Positions 34,473 to 47,314 of a stretch of 56,718 nt of DNA are shown here, piece after piece. The stretch comes from Octopus bimaculoides (lineage: Eukaryota), in NCBI RefSeq assembly GCF_001194135.2, contig NC_069003.1, forward strand, positions 31,767,451 to 31,824,168. The letters are read 5' to 3'. The position numbers and the translations under genes were made by a program. How positions within the stretch are numbered: the first letter of the stretch is position 1; every line of letters begins with the position of its first letter. The notes beneath the pieces were generated by a model. The model saw only the letters and a program-made list of their open reading frames with translations. It did no database searches and was not told the DNA's origin.

Positions 34473-34529
34473 GCTTAACATAAATAAAAACGAGTTAAAG
34501 ATAGCAGTACCCGATGATGTTACCTCTGG
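34473..34529 (+). CDS. Candidate 57-nt exon of an unidentified plus-strand transcript (LNINKNELKIAVPDDVTS)
   Basis: ACTTTCCTGTAG acceptor, TGG|GTAAGT donor, one open frame. An upstream GTAAGT donor at 34408 would give a 65-nt intron. No homology recognised. Confidence 0.25.
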
Positions 34530-37500
34530 GTAAGTTAACAGCATATAAACCAACAATTCAAGAGTTCAATTCATACCAAAGTTAGTTAATAGTTTAAATT
34601 CAAACAACGATGAACGTAAACAAACAAACGAAGTTTGCTTTTAGAAACATTGAGATGTCTTTCAGGCTATATTATTAGCATTATCCTGCGTTTGAGAATT
34701 TAAAATCACTTCTTTAACTTTTTAGTTAATAGCATTTTCCCCACCCTTGAAGCTCAATATAATGTATAACAATAATGGTGGAGGTGCTTAACTCTTGGAA
34801 TCATAAAAATAGCACTGTATTTTCTGGCATACAATTCAATATAATATATAATGTAAACATTCAAACATCGTCACTATCTTTCCAAACCCTGCTGCCTATC
34901 ACAAAGAATTTTTGGCCCTCCAAAGTAGTCTCAGTGTATAAATCAACTTACCTTTCTTTGGCTTTAAATTTTGGTCAGAAAGTTCGACTTATATGCTGGA
35001 AGATGTAGTATGTACAATATACAAGACAGAAGAGTACAATTTGAAAAAAAACTTAGCTGCTATTTCTAACAGATCTAGCAACTGTGTAGAGGTTTCCTTC
35101 ATTGACTGAAACATACACTCATTATTTTCTGGTATAAGCAAATCTACTCACAAATCTTTAGTCAACCTGATGCTATGGTAAGTAGAAGACACTTCATCAA
35201 AGTGTCACACGGTGGGATTGAACCCAAGATCACATGGTTGGGACGCAAGCTTCTTACTCAAATAGCCACGCCTGAGCCTATATGTTTAAATATCTTTGAA
35301 AGGGAAGCTGGCCAGTTGTCCAAGATACAGTTATGTCCATTATAAAGAAGGATTTTTTTAGTTTTTATATAGACATTGTATAGTTATGTCCCTTTATATT
35401 CTTACCATCTCTCCTTGCGAAGGTATGTGGCCTAGTAGTTAAGGCGTTGCATTCATGATTGCCAGATTATGGGTTCAATTCCCAGACCAGACGGTGTGTT
35501 TTTTTTTTTGTGTGCAAAACACTTCATTCCATGTTGGTCCAAAGGTGTTATACATTGGGAGTGAACCTAAATCCATGTAGCTGGGAGGCAAGCTTCTCAA
35601 CCACACACCCACGCTTGCATCTATCTATTTATATATATGTATGTATGTATGTGTGTGTGCATATACACATACGCATATTATCATCATCGTTTAACGTTCG
35701 CCTTCCATGCCGGCATGGGTTGGATGGCTTGATAGGAGCTGGCTAGACACATGCCTGCATAAAACTTCTATGTCTGTTTTGGTACGGTTTTTACAGCTGG
35801 ATGCCCAGGTGCAAATTTGTCTGTGTCTTCCGCTGTAGCCCCAGGATCACTCATGAGTGAATCTGAATTGTGTGAGATGTCTATGTACATGTGCACACAT
35901 TTGTGTATGTGTAGTGTGCTCGAGTGTGGTACCAAGGTCAATCCAGGCGAGATGGACAGTGATAATCTAAGCAAAGAAAAGATATAATTCAATCATTAAA
36001 AGAGAAAATTGATCATCCTAATACTTGTAATGATCCGGATGGATCAAGACGGAGAGAGCTGGGACCAAACGACTGAGATTAAATAACAATACCGTTTAGT
36101 ATTGTTACTACTTATATCTCGTTTGAAGATTTTAGAACTAGCTACTTTGCTCGTTAAGAGATCAGCAGCTGTCTGTGTCGTTAACCAGCTGGAAAAGACG
36201 TTTTCCTGGGGTTAAAATATAGTAACACAGTTCTGTATAAAACAGCCATGTTATAGTGGCAAAAAGATGTTACTGTACATAATAAACATATATTTATTAC
36301 TTAAAGGCATATTGGTGTCATTGTCTTTATCTCATGTCCAAGAATTTATTTTCTTCTTTTCTGAATGCTTCCTTGATGACTGTAGACAATTCTTGCATAG
36401 AAGAGTTGATGGCATTGACTGTATGGTAACGTTGGTGGAGGACGAGGTTGATTTTGTTGAGCCTTTCTCTCCTGTCGTTTGATTTCTTTCTTTACTCTTC
36501 TGGTGGCTTTCACGTTTTTGGTTCCAATGGTGATGGAACACTGCCACTTGGTACGGCCTCAGGCTTGTATTTCAAATGATTTAAACTCATTTGAACTAAA
36601 GCCACTACAGCTATTATATTATGCTGCTAACTCAAGGCAGTGAGTGAGCTGGCAGAACTGTTAGCATGCTGGACAAAATGCTTCATGGCATTCCTTCCAG
36701 CTTCACATTCTGAGTGCGAGTGCCGTCGAGTTCAGCTTCCCCTTTCATCCTTTCAGGGTCAATAGAATAAGAACCAGTTGAATGCTGGGGTCATTGTAAT
36801 CAACTCGATGCCTCCTCCAAAATTTCAGGCCTTGTGCCTATAAGTTGAAAGATAGGCTATGCTCAAAAACAAGGTACATAAATCCACATTCTTTAGTCTG
36901 CCTGGTTGACATGTTCTACTTCCATGTAGTGCGATTTAATATTGAGAAGAATAATCAAAAGCTACAAGAGGAAAACGAAACAACAGTTGTCCTGACAGTG
37001 TACAAATATCCATACTTGCAAAATATTCTTTTTTGGTCATGTTTACATTTTATTTTATTTTTATTGCAAATGGTGAAAGACGCAGCCATCGGTTAAAATC
37101 ATTCTATTGACCAAAACACTGGTTCACTGCACATTTTTTTCTTCTGAATGCCAAAGGAATATCTATTACTTGATGCAGGGCAAAAATTCACAAAGGAAAA
37201 ATGCACTGGTTTTCTATCAGTTTTCTCACTGATGCTGAAAGATAAAGAGATATGCACACACACATTATGCACGCCTCATTTAATATATACATACGTGTGT
37301 GAGTGTATGTGTGTGTACATATGTGTATATACATATNNNNNNNNNNNNNNNNNNNNNNNNNNNNNNNNNNNNNNNNNNNNNNNNNNNNNNNNNNNNNNNN
37401 NNNNNNNNNNNNNNNNNNNNNNNNNNNNNNNNNNNNNNNNNNNNNNNNNNNNNNNNNNNNNNNNNNNNNNNNNNNNNNNNNNNNNNNNNNNNNNNNNNNN

Positions 37501-39501
37501 NNNNNNNNNNNNNNNNNNNNNNNNNNNNNNNNNNNNNNNNNNNNNNNNNNNNNNNNNTATATATATATATATCATCATCATCATCGTTTAACGTCCGCTT
37601 TCCATGCTAGCATGGGTTGGACGATTTGACTATATATATATATATACATATACATAATGAGAGGTAGCTATTTACTTTTAGGATGTGTATGTGTGTGTGT
37701 GTACACATGCACACGCTCTGTGTGAAAGACGAGTTGGTAACAGGTGGAATATATTTCATTATGGATCTGCTCGACCAAGACTAAGTTGGAACTAAACAAC
37801 ACCAACAAAAGAAAGACATGCTGTGTCTAACAACAGACAGGATGGCCACAGCTGGAATATATTTAATCCTAGATGTGCTGGACCATGACAGACCTGATAC
37901 TAAATAACAACTGGCCAACACTGCAGTCTCTATATGGTGGCTATGACCAACTAGAAATAGCAGCCAAATCTCACTCATAGAAAGGAACATAAAAACGTAA
38001 ATAAAAACTTGAATAAAACTGCTCGCACAACTATGTAGTAAGAAGCTTGCTTCCCAACTACATGGTTCTGGGTTCAGTCCCACTTTGTGGATTTGGTAGG
38101 CAGAAACTAAAAGAAGGCCAGGGTATATAGATGTGAGTGTTTGTCCCCCGCACTCCCACCCCTTTGGTTTGTTTAGGTACCTGTAACTTAGCAGTTCAGC
38201 AAAAGAGATCAATAGAGTATGTATCAGGTTTAAAATTAAGTCCTGGGGTTGATTTGTTCGACTAACCACTTCAAGGTAGTGCTCCAGCGTGGCCACAGTG
38301 AAATGACCAAAACAAGTAAAATAAACAATAACTGTATTTTCACTTGAAATAAAGTAATTGATGCATCTTTTGGATATTTCTCTCACGAAATCTTTGATTT
38401 TGGTATTTCAGAAATCTTGTGTTTCTATTCTATTCTTAAATGGCATCATCTAAGAAGCCATGCAGATTTTTAATATGGAATCTTCTCTTGGAGGAAGTAA
38501 ACATTTGAAAAAGCAGTTCTATGAGTTTAAACTAATTTATGTTCTTTATTCTTTTTATTTGTCCTTTTTTTTTTTGGTGTGTGTGTGTTTTGTTTTCGTT
38601 CTTCTATTTTCTATTGCAAAGGGCATTGTTGATTGTTTAAGAATCAGAGCAAAAGCATGATTGACAACCGTTCTTCATTCACAATACCTGCTTGCTGATA
38701 GCTAGCTTTTATGAAAAAGAACACAGCAATAGAGTTTAAGAATCAATATGTAAAATCATAAATGTTTTAATAATAATCAATTTTTCAGAATTTTTATGTA
38801 AAGTGTTTTTGTCTTTAATTTCTTTATATGTAAATTCTATTCCAGCTCAGTTCAATAATCAATACAGCAAACCTATTTCTCATTTTCCTTATTATCATTA
38901 TTATTAAATAAAAAGCAGCAAACTACTAGACATGTTAGTTTTTATATATCATATTTCTTATTTTATCCATCAAAGTTATATTTTTCAGTGGAAAATTACC
39001 AGATGTGATTAGGTTTCAATATAATTAAATAAAAACATGCTATTGATGAAAATGATTTCATTTGTGAATAATAACATAATAATAATCAATAGTTGACTCC
39101 AGTTGATTCCATCACAGAGTAAGGAATGATTTAACTTGATTTATTAATGTTAAATGTAATATGTTTTTTTCAAAATATGTCTTAACGTTCAATTTGTTTT
39201 CATCTTCAAGTCAGATACCGTTTTAACAGAATAAACATTTATTAACAACAAATTACAAATTAAAGGCAAAATAATATCACATTCAAAATCAATTATTAAA
39301 ATTCCATCTCTTTTCCACACTCTCAGATTAACCCTTTTGTGACCAAGTTTTTTTTTTCCCTCCCTTTTTCAACAAGAAGACATTTTGTATTTGTGGTTTC
39401 AATTTTCAAAGTAATCAAGAATTATGAGATTTAGAGAAATAACGCACTTTCAAATTCCATCTCTTTTCCAAATCACTGATTAAACTCTTTGTCATTATAT
39501 T

Positions 39502-39742
39502 TTAACCCTTTCACAGCAGAAGTCAGATATCTCCACTCAAAATTTCATTATCCCTAACTGCAGAAAGCAATTTTATATATCTTTTGTTGAGGAATATCAT
39601 GTTTGAATCTATTTTCCATTGAAATATGCCAAGTATATTGAGGCAATGGGATTTGCAGAAAATACCAATTCTATTTTTTGGTAGATATTTAACATTGTTA
39701 CTGGAATAACCCTGAAATTTAATTTTGCAGTAAATGGGTTAA
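39502..39742 (+). mobile_element. TTAA piggyBac-like MITE (second family)
   Basis: TTAACCCTTT..ATGGGTTAA. A second copy starts at 39854 and a reverse copy lies at 16885-17129. Confidence 0.7.
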
Positions 39743-40374
39743 GGAAACTTGTCAAACCTGTGATCAAAGACAGTCCAACCATGACTGTCCTACTTTTTTT
39801 TACTAGTTACACTGAATTCAAGACCACATTATCCAACATCCCCTACTTTTACTTTAACCCTTTCACTGCAGAAATCAGAAATATATCCTATCAAAATTTC
39901 ATCACCCTTAACAGTGGAAAGCGGTTTTATTCACCAATCTATCTTTTGCTGGGGAATGTCATGGTTGGAACTACGTGGAATCATGCCAATGACCAGGTCG
40001 CAGTTGGTGCAACAAAATATTTTGACATCAAATACTAAATATTTTAAGCAAAGTTAACAACCATTGTGTGTTTTGAATAGCTAACATGTGTCTTCCATGC
40101 TGCAATTGTTTTAGTTTCAACACATGGTCTCAGATCAAATCACTCACCTGACATTTGGAGAGAGATTTTCTTAAAATAAAAATTATTAATTATAAAAAAA
40201 ATCTTAAAAAAACCCCCAAGAATGACATGAACCTTTTTGAAGAAAGCCTTTGTTTTGAGTGAAAGTGCTCTCACTGTTTAGTAGTTGAAACACAAATGTT
40301 ATGGGCAATCCAAAAGCTTCTTTCCAGAAAGGTTAATGTGATCCTATTTTTTAAAGATTTTCTTTTTAATATAA

Positions 40375-40600
40375 TTAACCCTTTTGAGACACATGGTGTT
40401 TTGGTATGTGTAGCCAAAAAGACCAAAATTTCTTTTCTATTAAGATACACCTCCTGAAAGATGATCTCTGATTAGCTATTACATTTCAAAAGCAACCATT
40501 CACAACATTTGTTCCATCAGGCTGACAGATTGACTTCAAACTCCTTTCAGCTTGTATCACCCAGGCCGATGAATCAGCCTGGGTGTCTCAAGAGGGTTAA
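40375..40600. mobile_element. TTAA piggyBac-like MITE (third family)
   Basis: TTAA-CCCTTTTGAGACAC ... GTGTCTCAAGAGGG-TTAA terminal inverted repeats with TTAA on both sides. Confidence 0.8.
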
Positions 40601-42137
40601 TAATTTCTATTTTAAGAAAATCGTTCTTCAAATAATGTGACTGTATCAACAATATTTTGCAAAACCTTTATGTGTGTGTTACAGCTAAACTGTTTGGCCT
40701 TCCTTTTATCACTCAAGAAATATTTTTACAACTGTAAAAGTTTAGTTAATCCAGGAATGCAAAACAATTTTACTACAGATTTTCTTAGGTGAAAATATAT
40801 CTACTTTACTATATTACTAAATACTGACCACTCACTCAATATTCTATAAGGCTTCTATTGAGCTTTATATAATAACAGCACCGACTGTAACTGAATCAAT
40901 TGGTAGCCATGTCATCAACACTTATGGGGTTTAAGTCACACCATCATGAAATAGTGCAGAATTTTTTTACCAAAACCAGTGGTAGGGAAGTCATTTTTTT
41001 TTTTGGTACGACATATTATAATATGATGGGAACAAAACCAACAATATACCATGATATGTTACTTCATCATGAGATATTATACTGGGATTTGAACAAAACA
41101 AATGGAATGGTTGTAAGGAAGATCAGCATGAGATGGAACAGTTACACTGGTCTCAGAAAGCAAGCTGCTGAAAAGATTCCCTCTTTCTACTTTATATGAG
41201 TGCTTTAGGGAGAAAAACAAATCATTAGTTTCAACATGGAGAAATATTTTGAGCTTTGAGAAATTTACACCGAGGTCATTTCTAAGAAATGTCCCACTCC
41301 GCTTGAATAAAATAAAAAAAAAATTAATAATAACAATTGATTAAAGACAACAAAAATTAAGGGAACACAGAACACCCTATTAAGTTGAAGTGGAATGGAA
41401 TCATACAGAAAGACATGGAAACTAGTTGCAACAACACTGCATGTTTTAATGCAGATGCTGCACACATATAAGTCAATATATACACATATATATATGTGTG
41501 TGTGTGTGTATGTATATATATATTTGGAACAGTGGATCTCAAAACACATAAAGCTTTAAATAATAGCATATTAATATTGGGTTGAAATTCCTTTTTTTTT
41601 TTTTTTTTGATAGGAAAAGTCAAAGAAAATACAGGATCACATCCTATGAGCAGCCTTCAACTTTTTCTATCTCCAAAGGGTTTTTCAATACAACATTTTA
41701 CCCCTGCTATTATTTATAACTTTATGTGCTTTGAGAGCCAATGTTCCAAAAAAAAAAAAATAATAATAATTTCATGGTCTCTCAAAAGTTTATAAATACT
41801 TATGACTTCGACAATATATGTATATATATGTGTGAGTGTGTGTGTGTGTATATATATATTAGTTAATACGTTGTATGGTATACAACTGGTAGTTCACTGG
41901 TAAAGCACTTTCACTTTCCCAACGTTCATTGGGCATTTGATTAATGAGAGGAACGGAAGATGGAATATATGAGAAAGTTCATTGATCACTACAATTATTT
42001 CGACCCACTTAGCATCGATCCCTCATGGGTAGGATACTGAACATTTGGTTCAGGTGTATCCATAGTGTAGATGGGTCGAAACAGTCGTAGTGATCAATAA
42101 AATTTCTCGTATCTTCCATTTTCTGTCTCTACCATTA

Positions 42138-42179
<42 letters not shown>

Positions 42180-42644
42180 NNNNNNNNNNNNNNNNNNNNN
42201 NNNNNNNNNNNNNNNNNNNNNNNNNNNNNNNNNNNNNNNNNNNNNNNNNNNNNNNNNNNNNNNNNNNNNNNNNNNNNNNNNNNNNNNNNNNNNNNNNNNN
42301 NNNNNNNNNNNNNNNNNNNNNNNNNNNNNNNNNNNNNNNNNNNNNNNNNNNNNNNNNNNNNNNNNNNNNNNNNNNNNNNNNNNNNNNNNNNNNNNNNNNN
42401 NNNNNNNNNNNNNNNNNNNNNNNNNNNNNNNNNNNNNNNNNNNNNNNNNNNNNNNNNNNNNNNNNNNNNNNNNNNNNNNNNNNNNNNNNNNNNNNNNNNN
42501 NNNNNNNNNNNNNNNNNNNNNNNNNNNNNNNNNNNNNNNNNNNNNNNNNNNNNNNNNNNNNNNNNNNNNNNNNNNNNNNNNNNNNNNNNNNNNNNNNNNN
42601 NNNNNNNNNNNNNNNNNNNNNNNNNNNNNNNNNNNNNNNNNNNN

Positions 42645-42725
<81 letters not shown>

Positions 42726-42941
42726 GTATGTGTGTGTGTATGTGTGTATGTATATATAGGTGGTAATTAGAAAATTGTTTTTATTTGTCTCATTTTGAGT
42801 TCATTTGATGTTAGCACATAGCACCATGGCTATTTAGCATATTTTGTTTTTCTAAAACTGTGAATTTTACGCTTCATTAACAGGCAAAAAACGGTGGCGC
42901 TAAGCCTTTAAGAACATTAAAAGAAAACAATTGTCAATCCT

Positions 42942-43082
42942 TCAGTCATCATCCTCGCTGTTGATAATATCAGAGGATTTTTCATCTGGTTTAATTTCTA
43001 GAGAAATTATTTCCTCTTTGTGGCTTTCTCTCTGTGATTCACGGTAAGCCTCTCTTATGGCATCAAGTTCAGCTAATTCAGC
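42942..43082 (-). CDS. TBC1D2B: TBC1D2/TBC1D2B-like Rab GAP, last exon (AELAELDAIREAYRESQRESHKEEIISLEIKPDEKSSDIINSEDDD*)
   Basis: TTTTCTAG acceptor, phase 0, TGA at 42944-42942. It resembles the vertebrate ELxELEAIREDF..SDEEE C-terminus. Confidence 0.85.
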   Translation of the reverse strand, partial: AELAELDAIREAYRESQRESHKEEIISLEIKPDEKSSDIINSEDDD

Positions 43083-43195
43083 CTAGAAAACAAATATTTG
43101 ACAGAATAAAATTAGTTTCAGCTTTCAAATTAATGCAGAAAATGTTCAGATCTTCTGGGTTTTAATTTATTAACTGCAAATTCATTATAAAACAC

Positions 43196-43816
43196 TTAAA
43201 CCCTTTAACATTTAAACCAGCCATATCTTGCTCAAATATTCTATTTTTTTATGTTCAAACCGGAAGCGCAATGGCCCAGTGGTTAGGGCAGCGGACTCGC
43301 GGTCATAGGATCGCAGTTTCGATTCCCAGACCAGGTGTTGTGAGTGTTTATTGAGCGAAAACACCTACAGCTCCACGAGGCTCTGGCAGGGGATGGTGGG
43401 GAACCCTGCTGTACTCTTCCACCATAACTTTCTCTCACTCTTACTTCCTGTTTCTGCTGTAATTCAAAGGGTCAGCCTTGTCACACTGTGTCACGCTGAA
43501 TCACCCCGAGAACTACGTTAAGGGTACACGTGTCTGTGGAGTGCTCAGCCACTTGCACGTTAATTTCACGAGCAGGCTGTTCCGTTGATCAGATCAACTG
43601 GAACCCTCGACGTCGTAAGCGACGGAGTGCCAACAACAACATATGTTCAAACCAGCTCGATCTAACCTTTCACACCTACCCTACAATATCATTCTTGTTA
43701 TAAGCGGTCGAATCATCGAAATACTGAAAGTATGAGGTAATACATGATTACTTCAAAACAATGGGAATAAATAAGCATGACATTTGAGAGATTAAATCTG
43801 AATGCTCAAAGATTAG
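43196..43816 (+). mobile_element. TTAA piggyBac-like MITE interrupted by a SINE insertion
   Basis: Removing the SINE and one copy of the duplicated TATGTTCAAACC restores a copy of the 50376/52225 family. Confidence 0.75.
43262..43641 (+). mobile_element. Full-length tRNA-derived SINE (family D) with (CAA)n tail and 12-bp target-site duplication
   Basis: A box TGGCCCAGTGGTTAG, B-box-like GTTTCGATTCC, CAACAACAAC tail, TATGTTCAAACC at 43250-43261 and 43642-43653. A 3' fragment lies near 18950. Confidence 0.85.
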
Positions 43817-43944
43817 AAAAGAAAACAATAGCAAAACAAGAAAAAATATCTCATATTGATTTTGTTTTGTTTACATCAAACCTACAACAACCACTTTTTT
43901 AGTGATTCTCTTTTTACTTCTTCAGTAAGTACAGTGAAGTTTAT

Positions 43945-43990
43945 GTTTTGCTGATGAGGTCATAATAAAATTGAAACATGTCTGCAGTTG
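43945..43990 (+). ncRNA. Highly degenerate minimal hammerhead-like motif
   Basis: CTGATGA at 43951-43957 and GAAACATGTC at 43973-43982 (palindromic ACATGT plus GTC triplet). Stems I and II pair poorly. Confidence 0.3.
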
Positions 43991-44621
43991 TCCCATTTGC
44001 TCATTGAAATAAATAAAATGATATTAGTCATTAAGTAATGTTGTTTTATCCTTTTCCACAGTTGGAAGCCCTTCCTTAAGACCAACCACTTTGCGGAGTG
44101 TACTGAGTATTGTTTTCTTGACACTCGTCATTAGAAGAAGACTATATCTTTGACAACACTAAAAGGTCCTCACAATTTTGATCATTTACAGAGTAAACTG
44201 GGTGCATTTTTCGTAGCACCAGCATCAGAGGGGTATCTATGACCTCGACATGACTAATGGGGGCCAAGTGGTTAGGGAAATGACAGAAAACAATATGACC
44301 CAGGAGATAAAGCAATGACAGAGATCCAGTATGTGTGGGAGAAAAGGAACAAGAGTGTGATGACAGAGTAAAATGATGACAACCAATGCAGAAGGGGAGG
44401 GTGTAAGTAGAGTGTACTAGTCCAATGTGGTCTCCAGAGCATATATGCTCTGTTTAAAACAACGATTCCAAACTAATGAAAAAGCCTTTATACAGTCAGT
44501 CACTTGCTGACCTACAAGAAATAGCAGCCAAGTCTTCCTTCAAATCATGCCCTCCCTGCTATCCTAAATAAAGAATGATACATTGAACAATATTAAAAAA
44601 AAAAGAAAAACAGGATAAAGC

Positions 44622-44658
<37 letters not shown>

Positions 44659-44744
44659 GGAGGAGGAGGATGATGATGATGATGATTATTTGCTCAAATT
44701 AGTGATCACAGGCATTAATGTGTTTCAGGCTTTGTGTATTTAAA

Positions 44745-45300
44745 GATGGCAGAGCTGGGATTTGAGAGAGATTCACCTGGTCAATCTCCAGCAGGTGAAT
44801 GAGTGGACTACACAGAGGTTCCCACATTGGTTATAATAATGATGATGATGATGGTGGTGGTGGTGGTGACGATGATGTGGACTACTTAATAAAAAAATGT
44901 CAATGAGAAACGTATGAAAGAAAGTAAAAGTGCATAGTTTTCTATGATCAGTATAAATTATTACAGAGCTGTGCTTGTTTGGCAAGTGACTTGAGAGTGT
45001 GCTGGAACGGAAAGAATGACATTGTCTCTGCAGGCAGGACCACATACATCGCATGAAGATGGGAGCATCCCGAAAGACTCGCTTGCGTGGGGTGCTGGCC
45101 TTTGACAAGGGAGCACTAGAGCAAACCACCCATCTTTCTTTCAAAGATGTCTGCAAAAAAGACATGGAGTTAACTGAATATAAACACTGAGAGATAGGAG
45201 GGCATTGCAAGCAACTGCCATAACTGGAGGTTGGAACTAGGTAGGGGTTTGAAAAGATGTGGGAATCTGAGGCATGCAGCTGAAAGTAAAGTGCATTGAA
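44745..45300 (+). pseudogene. Decayed RTE-clade LINE ORF2 C-terminal fragment
   Basis: Frameshifted pieces IHLVNLQQ..W, HIHRM, DGSIPKDSL, FKDVCKKDME, NINTER*EGIA..WRLEL..GL match the RTE tail WLGHVxRMEDGRIPKDLLYGEL..RFKDVCKRDM..INTE.WE. Confidence 0.8.
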
Positions 45301-45309
45301 CAAAAACAA

Positions 45310-45522
45310 AATACCCGAGAGATTTATCGATCTGTATACTGTTGGAAGCCTTCTAAACTGCAGCACTTATCCTAAGAAAGCATCTCCATAGACATGTAGT
45401 ATTAAAAACATAGAAATGTATCAGCAGCAGGTAAAGATTGCCCAGTAGTAGTGGTGGCATTACTAGATCTGGATTTCTGCTTTTTTTAAGCTTCATCAGT
45501 GGCAAATATCCACTGGCACCAC
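45310..45522 (+). repeat. Unclassified interspersed repeat, copy 1 of a direct pair 1615 bp apart
   Basis: GATCTGTATAC..CTTCTAAACTGCAGCACTTATCCT..CCACTGGCACCAC recurs at 46926-47137. Confidence 0.85.
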
Positions 45523-46503
45523 ATGCTAAGTGAATATTAACTGCTGATATAATTAAACGGTGCTTGAAAGGTTACTGATGTCACATTTAACTGGCAGGCC
45601 AAATAAAATTCATTATTAGTGATGGAACCAGTATTAGTTCAAATTGGTGAGTACTACAGGTTTCTGTTGCAACTAAAAATCCTAGATAACATTGGCAAGT
45701 AATATGTTCAATTGCTGTTACTGTAACCAGTACTGTCACTCCTGTGTAGGCCTCTACAAGCACAGCAGATGCTGCTCAACCGAGAAAACTGAAGTAAGAC
45801 TGTTCCAGGGGTAAATCACAGGTTGAACAGATCCCACTCAGATGTCACATATCAACACACACACACACACACACTGTGCCATAGAAGAGTCTTGATAGTG
45901 ATTTATTTAAAACAGTTATTTTTAACCAGGAGCCACACAGCCTTTAGAGAGGTAGAGGTATACCACTTTTTATAGGCTACATGTGAAAATAAAAGGTGTG
46001 TGTGTGTGTGTGTGTGTGAAAGTGGGTGGGTGGGTNNNNNNNNNNNNNNNNATTTGAGAGATCAACGTTTGTGAGGAGACTACATACAAATTTAACACTC
46101 TGATATAACATCTCTTTGTCATCATCCTATTTTATTTTTCATTGCTGCTGCTGCCAACACCATCATCATCATCATCACCATCATTTTATATCCTTTGTTC
46201 CATGCTTACAAGGGTCAGGTCATCATGTTTTGAGCCAGCTGTTACTCAGAGTAACTGTCTTTCTGAGTTAGTTCTTGTTCAAGCTTACTGTCCCTTGAAG
46301 GATCACATCTTGATTGTGCCTTTTCAGCAGAGTTTCTATGGCTGGAAGTTCTTTCTAACACCAACCACTTTACAGAGCATACTTTAGTGCTTTTGCATCA
46401 TAGCACCAGTACTGATGAGGTTGCCTTGTACCCTGCAGGACTAAAGAGCTTTCAATACTCCACATTGTCTACACTCATTCAAGACACTGAACAGAAAATG
46501 AAT

Positions 46504-46596
46504 GAAGGTGAGTGGGTGAAAGAAGTGAGAGAATGAGTTACAGGGATGAGAAGGTGAGTGGGTGAAAGAAGTGAGTGAATGAGTTACAGGGATGAG
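46504..46596 (+). repeat. 46-bp tandem duplication
   Basis: GAAGGTGAGTGGGTGAAAGAAGTGAGWGAATGAGTTACAGGGATGA occurs twice. Confidence 0.85.
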
Positions 46597-46925
46597 GTGG
46601 TAGTAATGGAAGAGAGACGGTAATGGTAGGGAGTAATGGGAAACAAGCAATTTTAATATTATATGTTAAACATAATGACAGTTTATTATTTATTACGTGC
46701 TATTAATTAATTAGGACAAAATACAAAACAATGGCAATCACATAGAAACAATAGTGTTTACCGATTCTTATGAAGATATTTGGTATACCCACAACACAAA
46801 AGGATACAACATTGGACATTATTAAATATTGCATGTTTCTAGTTCTTTGAAGATTTTTTACAAATAAAGTGCACAATATCAAAATTAAATTTTGGCAGTC
46901 CTTATAGTTGTATAGAACTTTGTTA

Positions 46926-47137
46926 ATACCCAAGATAACTATTGATCTGTATACGGTTAGAAGTCTTCTAAACTGCAGCACTTATCCTGAGAAAGCATCT
47001 CCATAGATATATAGTATTAAAAACATAGAAATATATCAGCAGCAGGTAAACATTGTCCAGAAGTAGTGGTAGCATTACTAGATCTGGATTTCTGCTTTTT
47101 TTAAGCTTCATCAGTGGCAAATATCCACTGGCACCAC
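46926..47137 (+). repeat. Unclassified interspersed repeat, copy 2
   Basis: Roughly 90 percent identical to 45310-45522 by eye. Confidence 0.85.
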
Positions 47138-47314
47138 AGGAGTGGTGTGCAGTTCCTGTAGTGAAGTTTCTTCTAACTTATCTATCATTTGATATAAGCA
47201 ACTTCATAGGGTTAATTAAAAAAAAAAAAGGGAAGTGGGAGGGGGCATGTGAGTATTCCAAATGGTTATTATAAATTTGCATAATAAATTACAAGAAAAT
47301 GAAAATAATCTGAC

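Noticed and set aside
36030-36550. Charged ORF-like stretch (e.g. KATRRVKKEIKRQERKAQQNQPRPPP on -) and a weak hammerhead-like look near 36035
   Set aside because: It has stops in all frames, no splice framework and no intact CUGANGA core. It is possibly a TE relic but I cannot support a call.
40900-41199. 99-aa plus-strand ORF
   Set aside because: It has a GTG start, runs through a T-run, has no motif, and lies antisense to the likely TBC1D2B 3' region.
44773-45366. 197-aa minus-strand ORF
   Set aside because: It is the antisense reading of the RTE remnant plus microsatellites.
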